Shown: positions 10,602-18,713, numbered from the stretch's first letter. The stretch: 32,000 nt of DNA from Zymomonas mobilis subsp. mobilis ATCC 10988 (GCF_000175255.2 NC_017262.1:1560001-1592000); one strand, 5' to 3'. Notes: generated by a model from the letters alone, not told the origin. Numbers and translations: made by a program.

Positions 10602-11450
10602 GGTTCTGTTGACAAAGGGTATAATTTAAGATTTTTAGAGATAACTTGAGAACAAGTTTTGTAGGGTAGATAGGATGCGAGGAGATCTGACGGACGCGGA
10701 GTGGGAGATAATACAGGGTCTTCTTCCAAGCGAACGAGGCCGCTGCGCGCGTCCCGCCAAAAGTAATCGGTTATTTCTCAATGGTATGCTTTATGTGCTT
10801 CGAACAGGCTGCCCGTGGCGAGATATGCATGAACGTTATGGGAAATGGAATTCGGTCTATGTTCGGTTTCGTAGGTGGGCAGAACAGGGTGTGTGGGACG
10901 CTCTTCTTGAAACTCTCGTTGACCTTGGCCTGACAGATGACTGGCAACATATGATAGATAGTACGATTATTCGCGCCCACAGCCAAGCGGCTGGCGCAAA
11001 AGGGGGACGTATAAGGAAGGCTTTGGTCGCAGCCGCGGAGGCTTTACGAGCAAGATCCACGCCCGTTCCGATGGTCAAGGCCGCCCTCTAGCTTTCGCAC
11101 TAACCGGTGGTGAGGTCTCTGATTATTCTGGCGCTGATAGCTTGATCGATATCCCTGTCACAACACCCCACTGTTTTCTCGCTGATAAAGGATATGATAG
11201 CGATAGGTTACGCGAAAAACTGCTTTTTCGAGGCATTCTTCCTGTTATCCCGCCTCGTTCCAATCGAAAAAAGCCTATTCCTTATAATCTCCAGCACTAC
11301 AAAGATCGTAATCGTATTGAGCGGATGTTTAATAAGCTAAAGCAGTTCAGGCGCATTGCCACACGCTATGACAAAACCAGAAAATCTTTTCTCGCCTTCC
11401 TTCATCTCGCGGCCGTAAAATTGTGGTTACCTTTCTTTGTCAACATAACC
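10602..11450 (+). mobile_element. Insertion sequence of the IS5 family, IS427-like subgroup, 849 bp
   Basis: Terminal inverted repeats GGTTCTGTTGACAAAG (10602-10617) and CTTTGTCAACATAACC (11435-11450), 15/16 matching; flanked by TA at 10600-10601 and 11451-11452 (target CTAG); encodes an IS5-type transposase in two frames. Confidence 0.95.
10675..11091 (+). CDS. IS5-family transposase, N-terminal part (orfA)
   Basis: MRGDLTDAEWEIIQGLLPSERGRCARPAKSNRLFLNGMLYVLRTGCPWRDMHERYGKWNSVYVRFRRW...DSTIIRAHSQAAGAKGG. Confidence 0.93.
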   Translation: MRGDLTDAEWEIIQGLLPSERGRCARPAKSNRLFLNGMLYVLRTGCPWRDMHERYGKWNSVYVRFRRWAEQGVWDALLETLVDLGLTDDWQHMIDSTIIRAHSQAAGAKGGRIRKALVAAAEALRARSTPVPMVKAAL

Positions 11451-11453
11451 TAG
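10998..11453 (+). CDS. IS5-family transposase, C-terminal part (orfB), probably expressed by -1 frameshifting
   Basis: Frame is -1 relative to orfA. It reads GRSRGGFTSKIHARSDGQGRPLAFALTGGEVSDYSGADSLID...ADKGYDSDRLR...RNRIERMFNKLKQFRRIATRYDKT...; the upstream limit is placed at the AAAAGGGGG tract; the stop TAG is at 11451-11453. Confidence 0.85.
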   Translation, partial: KRGTYKEGFGRSRGGFTSKIHARSDGQGRPLAFALTGGEVSDYSGADSLIDIPVTTPHCFLADKGYDSDRLREKLLFRGILPVIPPRSNRKKPIPYNLQHYKDRNRIERMFNKLKQFRRIATRYDKTRKSFLAFLHLAAVKLWLPFFVNIT

Positions 11454-12579
11454 TCAGCCGGACAATCCTGCCTTTATCCATCAATCAATCCGTGCCTTTA
11501 TTCTTGCCGGTCATTTGCAAGATGCCGTCGATCTGGGCAATTCTGTTAAAATAACCTCCCATATCTCTGACGACAGTATTAAAGCGATTATTGCAGCGGC
11601 AGATGCCCGTTTGGCGTTGGGAGGAAGTGGTGCCGTGTCGGAGTCGATTGCGCGCTTACAGTCCTTGAACCGAATCGATCCCAGCCGCCACCAGATCGTC
11701 TTATCGGCGGATATTCGGAAGTCTGAATGGCTCAATCAATCGGGGCGTTATTATGAATCCCGCAGCCTTTCTGAAAAGATGCTTTCTAATCTTGGATTAT
11801 CGCTGACCCCGTCTGATATCGCCTCTTTTCAGCAGAGCGCAGTCTGCTCGATGATGAAATTGGGGCAGCGCAAGCAGGCCAATCAAATGGCACAAGAGAT
11901 GATGCAGAGCCATCTGGATGATAAACAGGCAGTTATAGAAGCGCTTTTTTGTGCCGGAAAATCTCAAGAAGCCATCAATCTGGCTATTCATACCCTCGAT
12001 AACCCTTCGCAAGCCGATACGCTTTTGAAGTTATTACAACCGGACGGGCGTTTTCCTGACGTGAGGCCGCAATATTATCGTAGCGTTTGGTCAAAATTAT
12101 CAGCGATACCGGCTGTTGAACGCGCTTTTTTGAAAAATGGACGTGTCCTGCCCGAAAAATTCCAACTGCGGAAAAATGCCCCCCTGCCGAGTCTGATGTA
12201 TAATTCTTCTCTTGCAGCTGTCAGCTAGGATGTAAAAATAGTCCATTTTGGATGTAATGGACGTAAAATTGCCAATTAACATTTTTTAACTTTTTCTAAA
12301 GTTATCTTGGCTATTTTTCAGGATAAAATGTAATTTTTATAAAAAAAAGGCAAATTTCATCCAAAATTAAGCATTTATTATTCTTTTGAACCTATTTTCC
12401 CAAAAATTTTAGCCTTCCCTCGTCCAGATTCCGCGAATCTGGATTGATTAGGTTTTTTAAACAAAAAAAATCAAAATGGTGGAATTAGACAACGAAAATT
12501 GATGGACAAGTAGGAAAGTATTGAGAACATAAGGGGAACAAACAGTTAAAAAAGTAAAATTAAACTAGGAGTGATAATC

Positions 12580-12819
12580 ATGTACTTGTTAGGCAAAATT
12601 GAAAAATATCTGAGTGCTACAGGTATGACCCCCACACGTTTTGGGCGTGATGCCTTGAATGATCCCCGTTTTGTGCTGGATTTGCGGCGCGGAAGAGAAC
12701 CTCGTCGGCGCACTTTGGGGCGCGTTCTTGCCTATTTGGAAGAGCATGGCGCTTTCATCCGGCGTGAAAGAAAAACAAAGCCTTTTATTTTATCGCATCA
12801 TCATAATATTTCAGCATAG
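12580..12819 (+). CDS. Small conserved protein with a possible helix-turn-helix fold
   Basis: MYLLGKIEKYLSATGMTPTRFGRDALNDPRFVLDLRRGREPRRRTLGRVLAYLEEHGAF; AGGAG ribosome-binding site 12567-12571 favours ATG 12580 over GTG 12571. Resembles short sphingomonad proteins by recall. Confidence 0.7.
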   Translation: MYLLGKIEKYLSATGMTPTRFGRDALNDPRFVLDLRRGREPRRRTLGRVLAYLEEHGAFIRRERKTKPFILSHHHNISA

Positions 12820-12891
12820 ATTCAAAATGGTTAAAAATTTTCGATTAAAATGTTAAAAATTTAAATCCATTTAGGGATATAAAATATTGCA

Positions 12892-13857
12892 TTACATTTT
12901 CCTGACCGAGGTGAGCTGTTCACGCATTTCCTTGATTAAAGCCAAGGCTTGGGTAAGCGCTTGATCGCGGTCTAATTGAGAGAGCTCTATTGTTACAATC
13001 GGGGGTGCCGATGCAGGATTAGGGGAATCCTGTATCGGCTTTTGTAAAATCTGTTCGGAAGAAAGAAACAGCGTTTCCTCTCCGCTTTTTTCAAAAGAAT
13101 TGGGTTGTTTTTCAACGGTGTTGGATAGCGAGAGAATCTCAGGGGCTTGTTGAGAAGCGGCATCCTGAGAGCGTTCAATATCGTTATTATCTGCCCATTC
13201 AGCATCTGCTGGCAAAACAGATTGTTTCGCAGAAAAAGACGCTTCTTCTAAGACAGCGTCAAAGGAAGGTGAGACTTCTGGCGGTTGTGACGAAGGTTCA
13301 TTATCCGATTCTGAAACCGTTTTTTCGCTATAATCATTGAGGACAATAACCGAATTTTGTGTTTCTTCTTCAAAAGTCGATCCGGTTTTTTGCTGCAAAA
13401 AAGCACGATCAGAAGATTTGAGGATAATTTCATCCCCCTCTAGGAGGATGCTTTCTTCTTCCCAATCTTTTCCGAGGCTATTCTTTTCTGGCCAAATAGG
13501 CTGATCGGATAAATCTTCAGAATAAAACTGCCCTTCGGGATTTTCTTTTCTTAAATCGAAGGTAACCCGATAACGGTGATAGGCAAAAAGCCATGTCATG
13601 ATGAAGGCGATAATCCCGCCTAAAACAATACCAAGGGGAAAGGCCAATCGCGCTCTAGATAATAAAGGCGCACTGCCGTCCTCTCCTGTCAGCCAAGTAA
13701 TGGCGGTATCATGGGTCAGTCGGGTAAAAATTTCAGGCGGCATAGCCATCCAGAAAAAAATGACAGCTATAGAAAACATAGCGGAAGAAAGAACGATAAG
13801 ACGTTTTTCCTTTTTTCCTTCCATTGGCGTTGAGCCTGCCATTTCAGCTTTCTCCAT
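12892..13857 (-). CDS. Hypothetical membrane protein with two N-terminal TM segments and an acidic Ser/Glu-rich cytoplasmic region
   Basis: 321-aa ORF; LIVLSSAMFSIAVIFFWMAMP and LAFPLGIVLGGIIAFIMTWLFAYHRYR, then a low-complexity acidic tail ending in a coiled-coil-like helix. Confidence 0.65.
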   Translation of the reverse strand: MEKAEMAGSTPMEGKKEKRLIVLSSAMFSIAVIFFWMAMPPEIFTRLTHDTAITWLTGEDGSAPLLSRARLAFPLGIVLGGIIAFIMTWLFAYHRYRVTFDLRKENPEGQFYSEDLSDQPIWPEKNSLGKDWEEESILLEGDEIILKSSDRAFLQQKTGSTFEEETQNSVIVLNDYSEKTVSESDNEPSSQPPEVSPSFDAVLEEASFSAKQSVLPADAEWADNNDIERSQDAASQQAPEILSLSNTVEKQPNSFEKSGEETLFLSSEQILQKPIQDSPNPASAPPIVTIELSQLDRDQALTQALALIKEMREQLTSVRKM

Positions 13858-14038
13858 AGATTTTATCCGACAAAATCAATTCTATAAGTCTAGCGGATAA
13901 AAACGATTAAATAATTAACATTGCATTCTGGCGTATTTAAGAAAAAATCTATTATCCTGCTGTGATAAAGATTTTCTAACGTGAATATTCCTTCACTTGA
14001 AAGCTGATTTTACCGGATAATTTTTTTCAGGAAAAAGA

Positions 14039-15169
14039 ATGCAGGAACAAAATCATGCCGCTATTCTGACTTCGCCTCAGGAGATAGCCGCTTTGAACCA
14101 TCAAATCAGTGAATGGTTTTTAGGACATTATATCCAGCTACTCTGCGCTATTGGGGTAGGGGTTGTTCTCTTTTTCGCTTTGCTTTCCTTTAGACGCTTT
14201 GCCGAAAATTTTTTGAAGCGCAGTGCCTTTTTAAGTGAATGGACGACTCTTGCCGGTGAAGCCATTGGTCGGACTCATGCTTTTTTCTTGGCTATTCTGA
14301 CCATTCGATTGGTCACTGCATATTTTGATCATAGCTCGCGCCTTTCGGATGTTGTCCAGTTCTTATGGGTCATTGCCAGCACTTTCCAATTTGCGACTTG
14401 GGCGCGTCAGCTCATTTTAGGACTCATTAGCTATCGGGTCGAGCAATCGAATAATAGCAACCGCAATTTGGATAGCGCGCTTAATCTTATCCGGCTTCTT
14501 GTGACGGTGGCTCTCTTTGCTATCGCCTCTGTTGTCGTTCTCGATAATCTGGGTGTGAATGTCACTGGATTGGTTGCCGGTCTTGGTATCGGTGGTATCG
14601 CGATTGGTCTTGCTGCCAAAGGTATTTTTGATGACCTTTTTTCGGCTTTGGTGATTATCTTTGATCAGCCCTTTATGAAGGGCGATTTGATCAGCTGGAA
14701 GGACACCACCGGCACAGTTGAAAAAATCGGTTTGAAAACGACCCGTATCCGTGCTGGTACCGGAGAGGAAATCATTGTTGCCAACAATATGTTGGTCAAT
14801 GTCGAGATGCATAATCTAAGCGAGCAAACGAGACGACGCTTTTCTCTGCAGATTGGGGTCGTTTGTTCCACTTCGCCTGACCAATGTGAAAAGCTGATTT
14901 CTATCTTGCGAGAAGAAACCGCAAAAATCCCGCTTTGTCAGGTGGCCAGAAGTTGCATGACTGGAATCGGCGCTTCATCTTTTGATTTTGAAGTCGTTTG
15001 TGATGTCCAATCCGGCTCTTTTGATGACTATTTTTCGGTTCGGACTCAGGCCTGTATCAACATCCTGAAACGGCTTGAAACGGAAGGTATCGAGCTCGCT
15101 TATCCAACGGTCACGAATTATAACTATAATGCTGAAAAATCAGGAAAATTAGAGGAAAAAAAGGATTAA
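14039..15169 (+). CDS. MscS-family mechanosensitive ion channel
   Basis: 376-aa ORF with VVLDNLGVNVTGLVAGLGIGGIAIGLAAKGIFDDLFSALVIIFDQPFMKGDLI, the MscS pore/beta-domain pattern. Confidence 0.92.
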   Translation: MQEQNHAAILTSPQEIAALNHQISEWFLGHYIQLLCAIGVGVVLFFALLSFRRFAENFLKRSAFLSEWTTLAGEAIGRTHAFFLAILTIRLVTAYFDHSSRLSDVVQFLWVIASTFQFATWARQLILGLISYRVEQSNNSNRNLDSALNLIRLLVTVALFAIASVVVLDNLGVNVTGLVAGLGIGGIAIGLAAKGIFDDLFSALVIIFDQPFMKGDLISWKDTTGTVEKIGLKTTRIRAGTGEEIIVANNMLVNVEMHNLSEQTRRRFSLQIGVVCSTSPDQCEKLISILREETAKIPLCQVARSCMTGIGASSFDFEVVCDVQSGSFDDYFSVRTQACINILKRLETEGIELAYPTVTNYNYNAEKSGKLEEKKD

Positions 15170-15320
15170 ATTGCTAGGAAAAGCGATTGAATTACATCTC
15201 ATTATAAAAATTTATCAATGAGGATGATTACTTTTTCACTTTTCATCTGTTTATCAAGACAGCAACAGGATAAATATTTCCCTGTTGTCCTGACAAAGGA
15301 ATCATACGACGGGTGCAGCA

Positions 15321-15629
15321 ATGCCAAATAAAAAAGATTATAAAACGGTCGTCGCTGTAATTAATGCGTTACCGGGTCATGACGAAGAGATCGAACAGGG
15401 ATTAGGTGAGCTTGCGCTTAAGGTGAAAGCCGAGCCGGGTAATATCACTTTTAAGCCCTATCGAAATCTTTCTGAAAGTCATAGCTACATAGTCTATGAG
15501 ATTTATCAGGATGAGACTGCGTTTTTGCAGCATGTGAATGCTCACTATACAAGAGCCTTTAACAAGATGCTGGAAACCGCCGCAAAAGGTGGTAAATCGC
15601 AAGTCTTAGAAGTGAGTGATATTCTATAA
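15321..15629 (+). CDS. Antibiotic biosynthesis monooxygenase (ABM)-domain protein, no signal peptide
   Basis: 102-aa ORF TVVAVINALPGHDEEIEQGLGELALKVKAEPGNITFKPYRNLSESHSYIVYEIYQDETAFLQHVNAHYTRAFNKML. Confidence 0.83.
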   Translation: MPNKKDYKTVVAVINALPGHDEEIEQGLGELALKVKAEPGNITFKPYRNLSESHSYIVYEIYQDETAFLQHVNAHYTRAFNKMLETAAKGGKSQVLEVSDIL

Positions 15630-15676
15630 TTTTCCACTAAGAAAATCAGAATATTTTATTAAGGATGAGGATTAAA

Positions 15677-16078
15677 ATGTTACGTTCTTTTTATAAATAT
15701 GCCGCTTTAGGTTTAGCCGCTGTTGGTGCTGTTTCCGCTGTTTCTGCACCGGCTGCTGCGCGTCCTTCCGTTATCGCTGACAATCCAGCCTATGTAACGA
15801 TCGTTGCTGTTATGCACCCGTTGCCCCAGTATGCTCAGCAGGTTGGCACCGAATTGAAGGGTCTCGCCGCACAGGTAAGAGCTGAACCGGGTAACGTTGC
15901 TTTCATGCCGACCCGTAACCCCGTCGACAACAGCTATGTCGTCTATGAAGTTTATCGCAGCGATGATGCTTTCCAGAAGCATATCACTTCTGACCACACG
16001 GTTTCTTTTAACAAAATCCTGGTTAATCAGGTTCAGGGCGGCGCTTCTGAAGTGACGAAACTGAAAACCATTTTCTAA
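15677..16078 (+). CDS. ABM-domain protein with N-terminal signal peptide
   Basis: MLRSFYKYAALGLAAVGAVSAVSAPAAA|RPSVIADNPAYVTIVAVMHPLPQYAQQVGTELKGLAAQVRAEPGNVAFMPTRN...; AAGGATGAGG upstream favours the ATG at 15677 over 15665. Confidence 0.83.
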   Translation: MLRSFYKYAALGLAAVGAVSAVSAPAAARPSVIADNPAYVTIVAVMHPLPQYAQQVGTELKGLAAQVRAEPGNVAFMPTRNPVDNSYVVYEVYRSDDAFQKHITSDHTVSFNKILVNQVQGGASEVTKLKTIF

Positions 16079-16218
16079 ATTTTAAAATCCTTGGAAAATG
16101 AAATTTTGCCGCTGTTGAAAAACAGCGGCAATTTTTTTGACAGTGACAGTTATTTATATTTCAAACTCTAAAAAGAACGATAATTCGCTTCTTTTTCACG
16201 CATAATCTTGCCAATAGA

Positions 16219-17295
16219 ATGCACAGCACCATTCAAAAGACGGCCATATCCTTATCTAGGCAGGGGACTTTACATATGCTGAAGCATTTTTGGGCATCTT
16301 TTCTTGTTACGATTCTAGGGCTAATAACAGCCTTTATTTTTGGGTATTATGCTCAAGGGCACCATCTTATGTCAGGATTGGATGCGGCCTTTTTAGCCTT
16401 TCTTTTGGCTATTTTGGAAACGGCTTTCAGCTTTGACAATGCCGTCGTTAATGCTTCTATTCTCAAAAATCTTACGCCTAAATGGCAAAAATGCTTTTTG
16501 ACTTGGGGCATGATTGTTGCCGTTTTTGGAATGCGTATTTTATTCCCGCTGCTCATTGTTTCTTTTTCAGCTTGGGTCGATCCTTGGGAAGCGACAAAAA
16601 TAGCCCTTTTTAACCATGCACGTTATGAAGAGGTTGTAACCGCCGCCCATGCCAGTATTGCCGGATTTGGTAGCGCCTTTTTGATGTTGGTCGGCTTAAG
16701 CTTTTTTGTGAAAGAAGAACATTCGCCTATATGGATTAGCTGGATCGAAAAACCGTTGATGGCGCTTCGGGTTATTCCTTTTATCAGCTATATCCTGACT
16801 TTTCTGATTATGGCCGGTTTTGCCTTCTGGTTTGATCAAAAAGACGGTTATTCTTTTTCAGTCGCTGCTCTATTCGGTATGGCTGCCTATTTCCTGCTAG
16901 AACAATTTGAACGCTTTATGGGAAAACCAACCCCAGGCAAGGCGGGATTGGCTACTTTTATTTATCTTGAATTTTTGGATGCGTCTTTCTCTTTTGATGG
17001 CGTCATCGGAGCCTTTGCTGTCACGAATGATATTGTGTTGATTGCGATCGGGCTTGGTATTGGAGCTATGTTTGTCCGTTCTATGACGGTTGCCTTGGTA
17101 CAAGGCGGTCATCTGTCCCAATATCCCTATCTTGAGGCGGGGGCTTTCTATGCCATTGTAACCTTGGCCTTTATCACCGCCCTTAATGTTAGAATCGAAG
17201 TCCCTGAAATTATCAGCTGCTTGAGTGGTCTTGTTTGGATTGGGGGATCTTTGGTCTATTCAATGATCGAAAATCGGCGTTCTCTAGCCAAATAA
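16219..17295 (+). CDS. DUF475 / TerC-superfamily integral membrane protein
   Basis: 358-aa ORF; repeated signature ETAFSFDNAVVNASILKNL and EFLDASFSFDGVIGAFAVTNDIVLIAIGLGIGAMFVR. Confidence 0.85.
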   Translation: MHSTIQKTAISLSRQGTLHMLKHFWASFLVTILGLITAFIFGYYAQGHHLMSGLDAAFLAFLLAILETAFSFDNAVVNASILKNLTPKWQKCFLTWGMIVAVFGMRILFPLLIVSFSAWVDPWEATKIALFNHARYEEVVTAAHASIAGFGSAFLMLVGLSFFVKEEHSPIWISWIEKPLMALRVIPFISYILTFLIMAGFAFWFDQKDGYSFSVAALFGMAAYFLLEQFERFMGKPTPGKAGLATFIYLEFLDASFSFDGVIGAFAVTNDIVLIAIGLGIGAMFVRSMTVALVQGGHLSQYPYLEAGAFYAIVTLAFITALNVRIEVPEIISCLSGLVWIGGSLVYSMIENRRSLAK

Positions 17296-17319
17296 CATCT
17301 TTCCAAGGTTGATTTTTCT

Positions 17320-18438
17320 TCATTTAATTTTTGTCATAAAATCAACAATTGCTTCGGCTGCCCGACGTGATCCACCTAATAGGGGGTAGCCGAAAGTTTC
17401 CTGAAATAGTTTTTCCTGAATAGGGCGATAAAGATGATGCCGCGCCTGTGCCTGTTCGATGGCAGGCTTCAGGGCATCAATGTCTTCTATGACATCCCCC
17501 ATAGTCCAGTGACGAAAATTTGGATTATCCTGCCATTTTATTTTTTGAGGATTGAGAAAAATACAGGGGCGGGGGATCGCCATAAATTCATAAATTTGGC
17601 TACTGACATCTCCAATATAAAGCGCAGCCTGAGAGGTGTACGTCATATCCAGCATTGCCGGAGACCCTGTGTCAACCAAGGTTTTGGTGCTGTGCAGTCT
17701 TTTAAGCCAGTATTTTTTTATCGCAAAATTTTTGTGAAATTGTTTGATATGAGGGGCAACAACCAGATTGTAAGTATGTGCTGTATTAAAAACCTTGACC
17801 AAGGCTTTCATAAAAACAGGCGAAGAGTTTAAATTCCGTTTGTAATGCGGATTATAAAGCGCAAAAGGTCGCTGGTTTTGAAAGGGGTAAGCCATTTTTT
17901 TCCGAATGGCTTCAAAAACATCAAATTTAGGATAGCCTATAATCCGGCTTGTTTGATCGGTTATCAAGCCTTTTTGTTTGAAATCGTGAGTAACTTTTCG
18001 ACCAGATATCAGCGTTAAATCAAATTCTTTGACGAGATGTTCGTCATTCACGTATCGATCACCTGCCCCATGCATCAATAAAATAAGCCGAGGATGATTA
18101 AGCCCCATTTGCTTTAAAATGCCGGCTGTATATTCTGTCGCAACAACGGCATCATAGCGGTTTAATTCTTCAACATTATCTTGCAAGACAAGCAAGCGCT
18201 CTTGATCAAGCCTTTTAGCTAACTTTAAAAGCTTGGCTTTCCATGATTTAAACAGTGGCCGTAATTTCAAGGCGGGCGCATTCAATATTCGCCTGATGCG
18301 GGTCAAATGCTCTACTGTATCAGGGAAACTATAATATTCTGTGACATCGCAATCAGGCATTGCCGCCAATTCGCTGGCAACAGAAGCGGTGTGATAACAC
18401 TGGTAAGGTTCAGCAATATAAATGAATGCAATTTTCAC
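17320..18438 (-). CDS. CDP-glycerol:glycerophosphate glycerophosphotransferase-like protein
   Basis: 372-aa ORF; ...RLILLMHGAGDRYVN..., VVAPHIKQFHK, YIGDVSSQIYEFMAIPRPCIFLNPQ resembles the C-terminal domain of TagB/TagF-type enzymes. Confidence 0.6.
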   Translation of the reverse strand: MKIAFIYIAEPYQCYHTASVASELAAMPDCDVTEYYSFPDTVEHLTRIRRILNAPALKLRPLFKSWKAKLLKLAKRLDQERLLVLQDNVEELNRYDAVVATEYTAGILKQMGLNHPRLILLMHGAGDRYVNDEHLVKEFDLTLISGRKVTHDFKQKGLITDQTSRIIGYPKFDVFEAIRKKMAYPFQNQRPFALYNPHYKRNLNSSPVFMKALVKVFNTAHTYNLVVAPHIKQFHKNFAIKKYWLKRLHSTKTLVDTGSPAMLDMTYTSQAALYIGDVSSQIYEFMAIPRPCIFLNPQKIKWQDNPNFRHWTMGDVIEDIDALKPAIEQAQARHHLYRPIQEKLFQETFGYPLLGGSRRAAEAIVDFMTKIK

Positions 18439-18657
18439 ACTGAATCTGTCTTATATTTGAATTCTTTCGTCTCGAAATTTGATAATCGACGATAGAATTA
18501 TTGCCTAAGCAAGAAGATCTTTGTTCATAGTTTTTACAGGGATACTGTCAACTATCAGTGCTATGATACATAGTAGATTACAAAAAAGATATTTTTTTGA
18601 AAGATTGAGCGTCGATGAAAAAGCGTAAGGATCTATTTCAGCCATCACCTAAATAAA

Positions 18658-18687
18658 AAAATCCCGCCTCCGAAGAGACGGGATTTT
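18658..18687 (-). terminator. Rho-independent terminator downstream of pepN
   Basis: AAAATCCCG...CGGGATTTT, 9-bp stem with additional CTC/GAG inner pairing; the sequence is near-symmetric and could work in both directions. Confidence 0.8.
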
Positions 18688-18713
18688 AGAACTAAAAGTC
18701 TTATGAAAGACGA

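Larger units (their letters stand above)
9530..12228 (+). pseudogene. Predicted secreted helical-repeat (TPR-like) protein, interrupted by an IS element
   Basis: 5' fragment 9530-10612 (signal-like MAMLTLLPALTVPCSA, repeats of degenerate TPR type) and 3' fragment (ORF from 11515 to 12228). Removing 10602-11452 joins them in frame (...FWLNALA|SQPDNPAFIHQSIRAFILAGHLQDAVDLGNSV...), giving 1848 nt = 615 aa + stop. Confidence 0.85.

Noticed and set aside
10771-10986. Minus-strand ORFs inside the IS element
   Set aside because: Antisense to the transposase, with no independent support.
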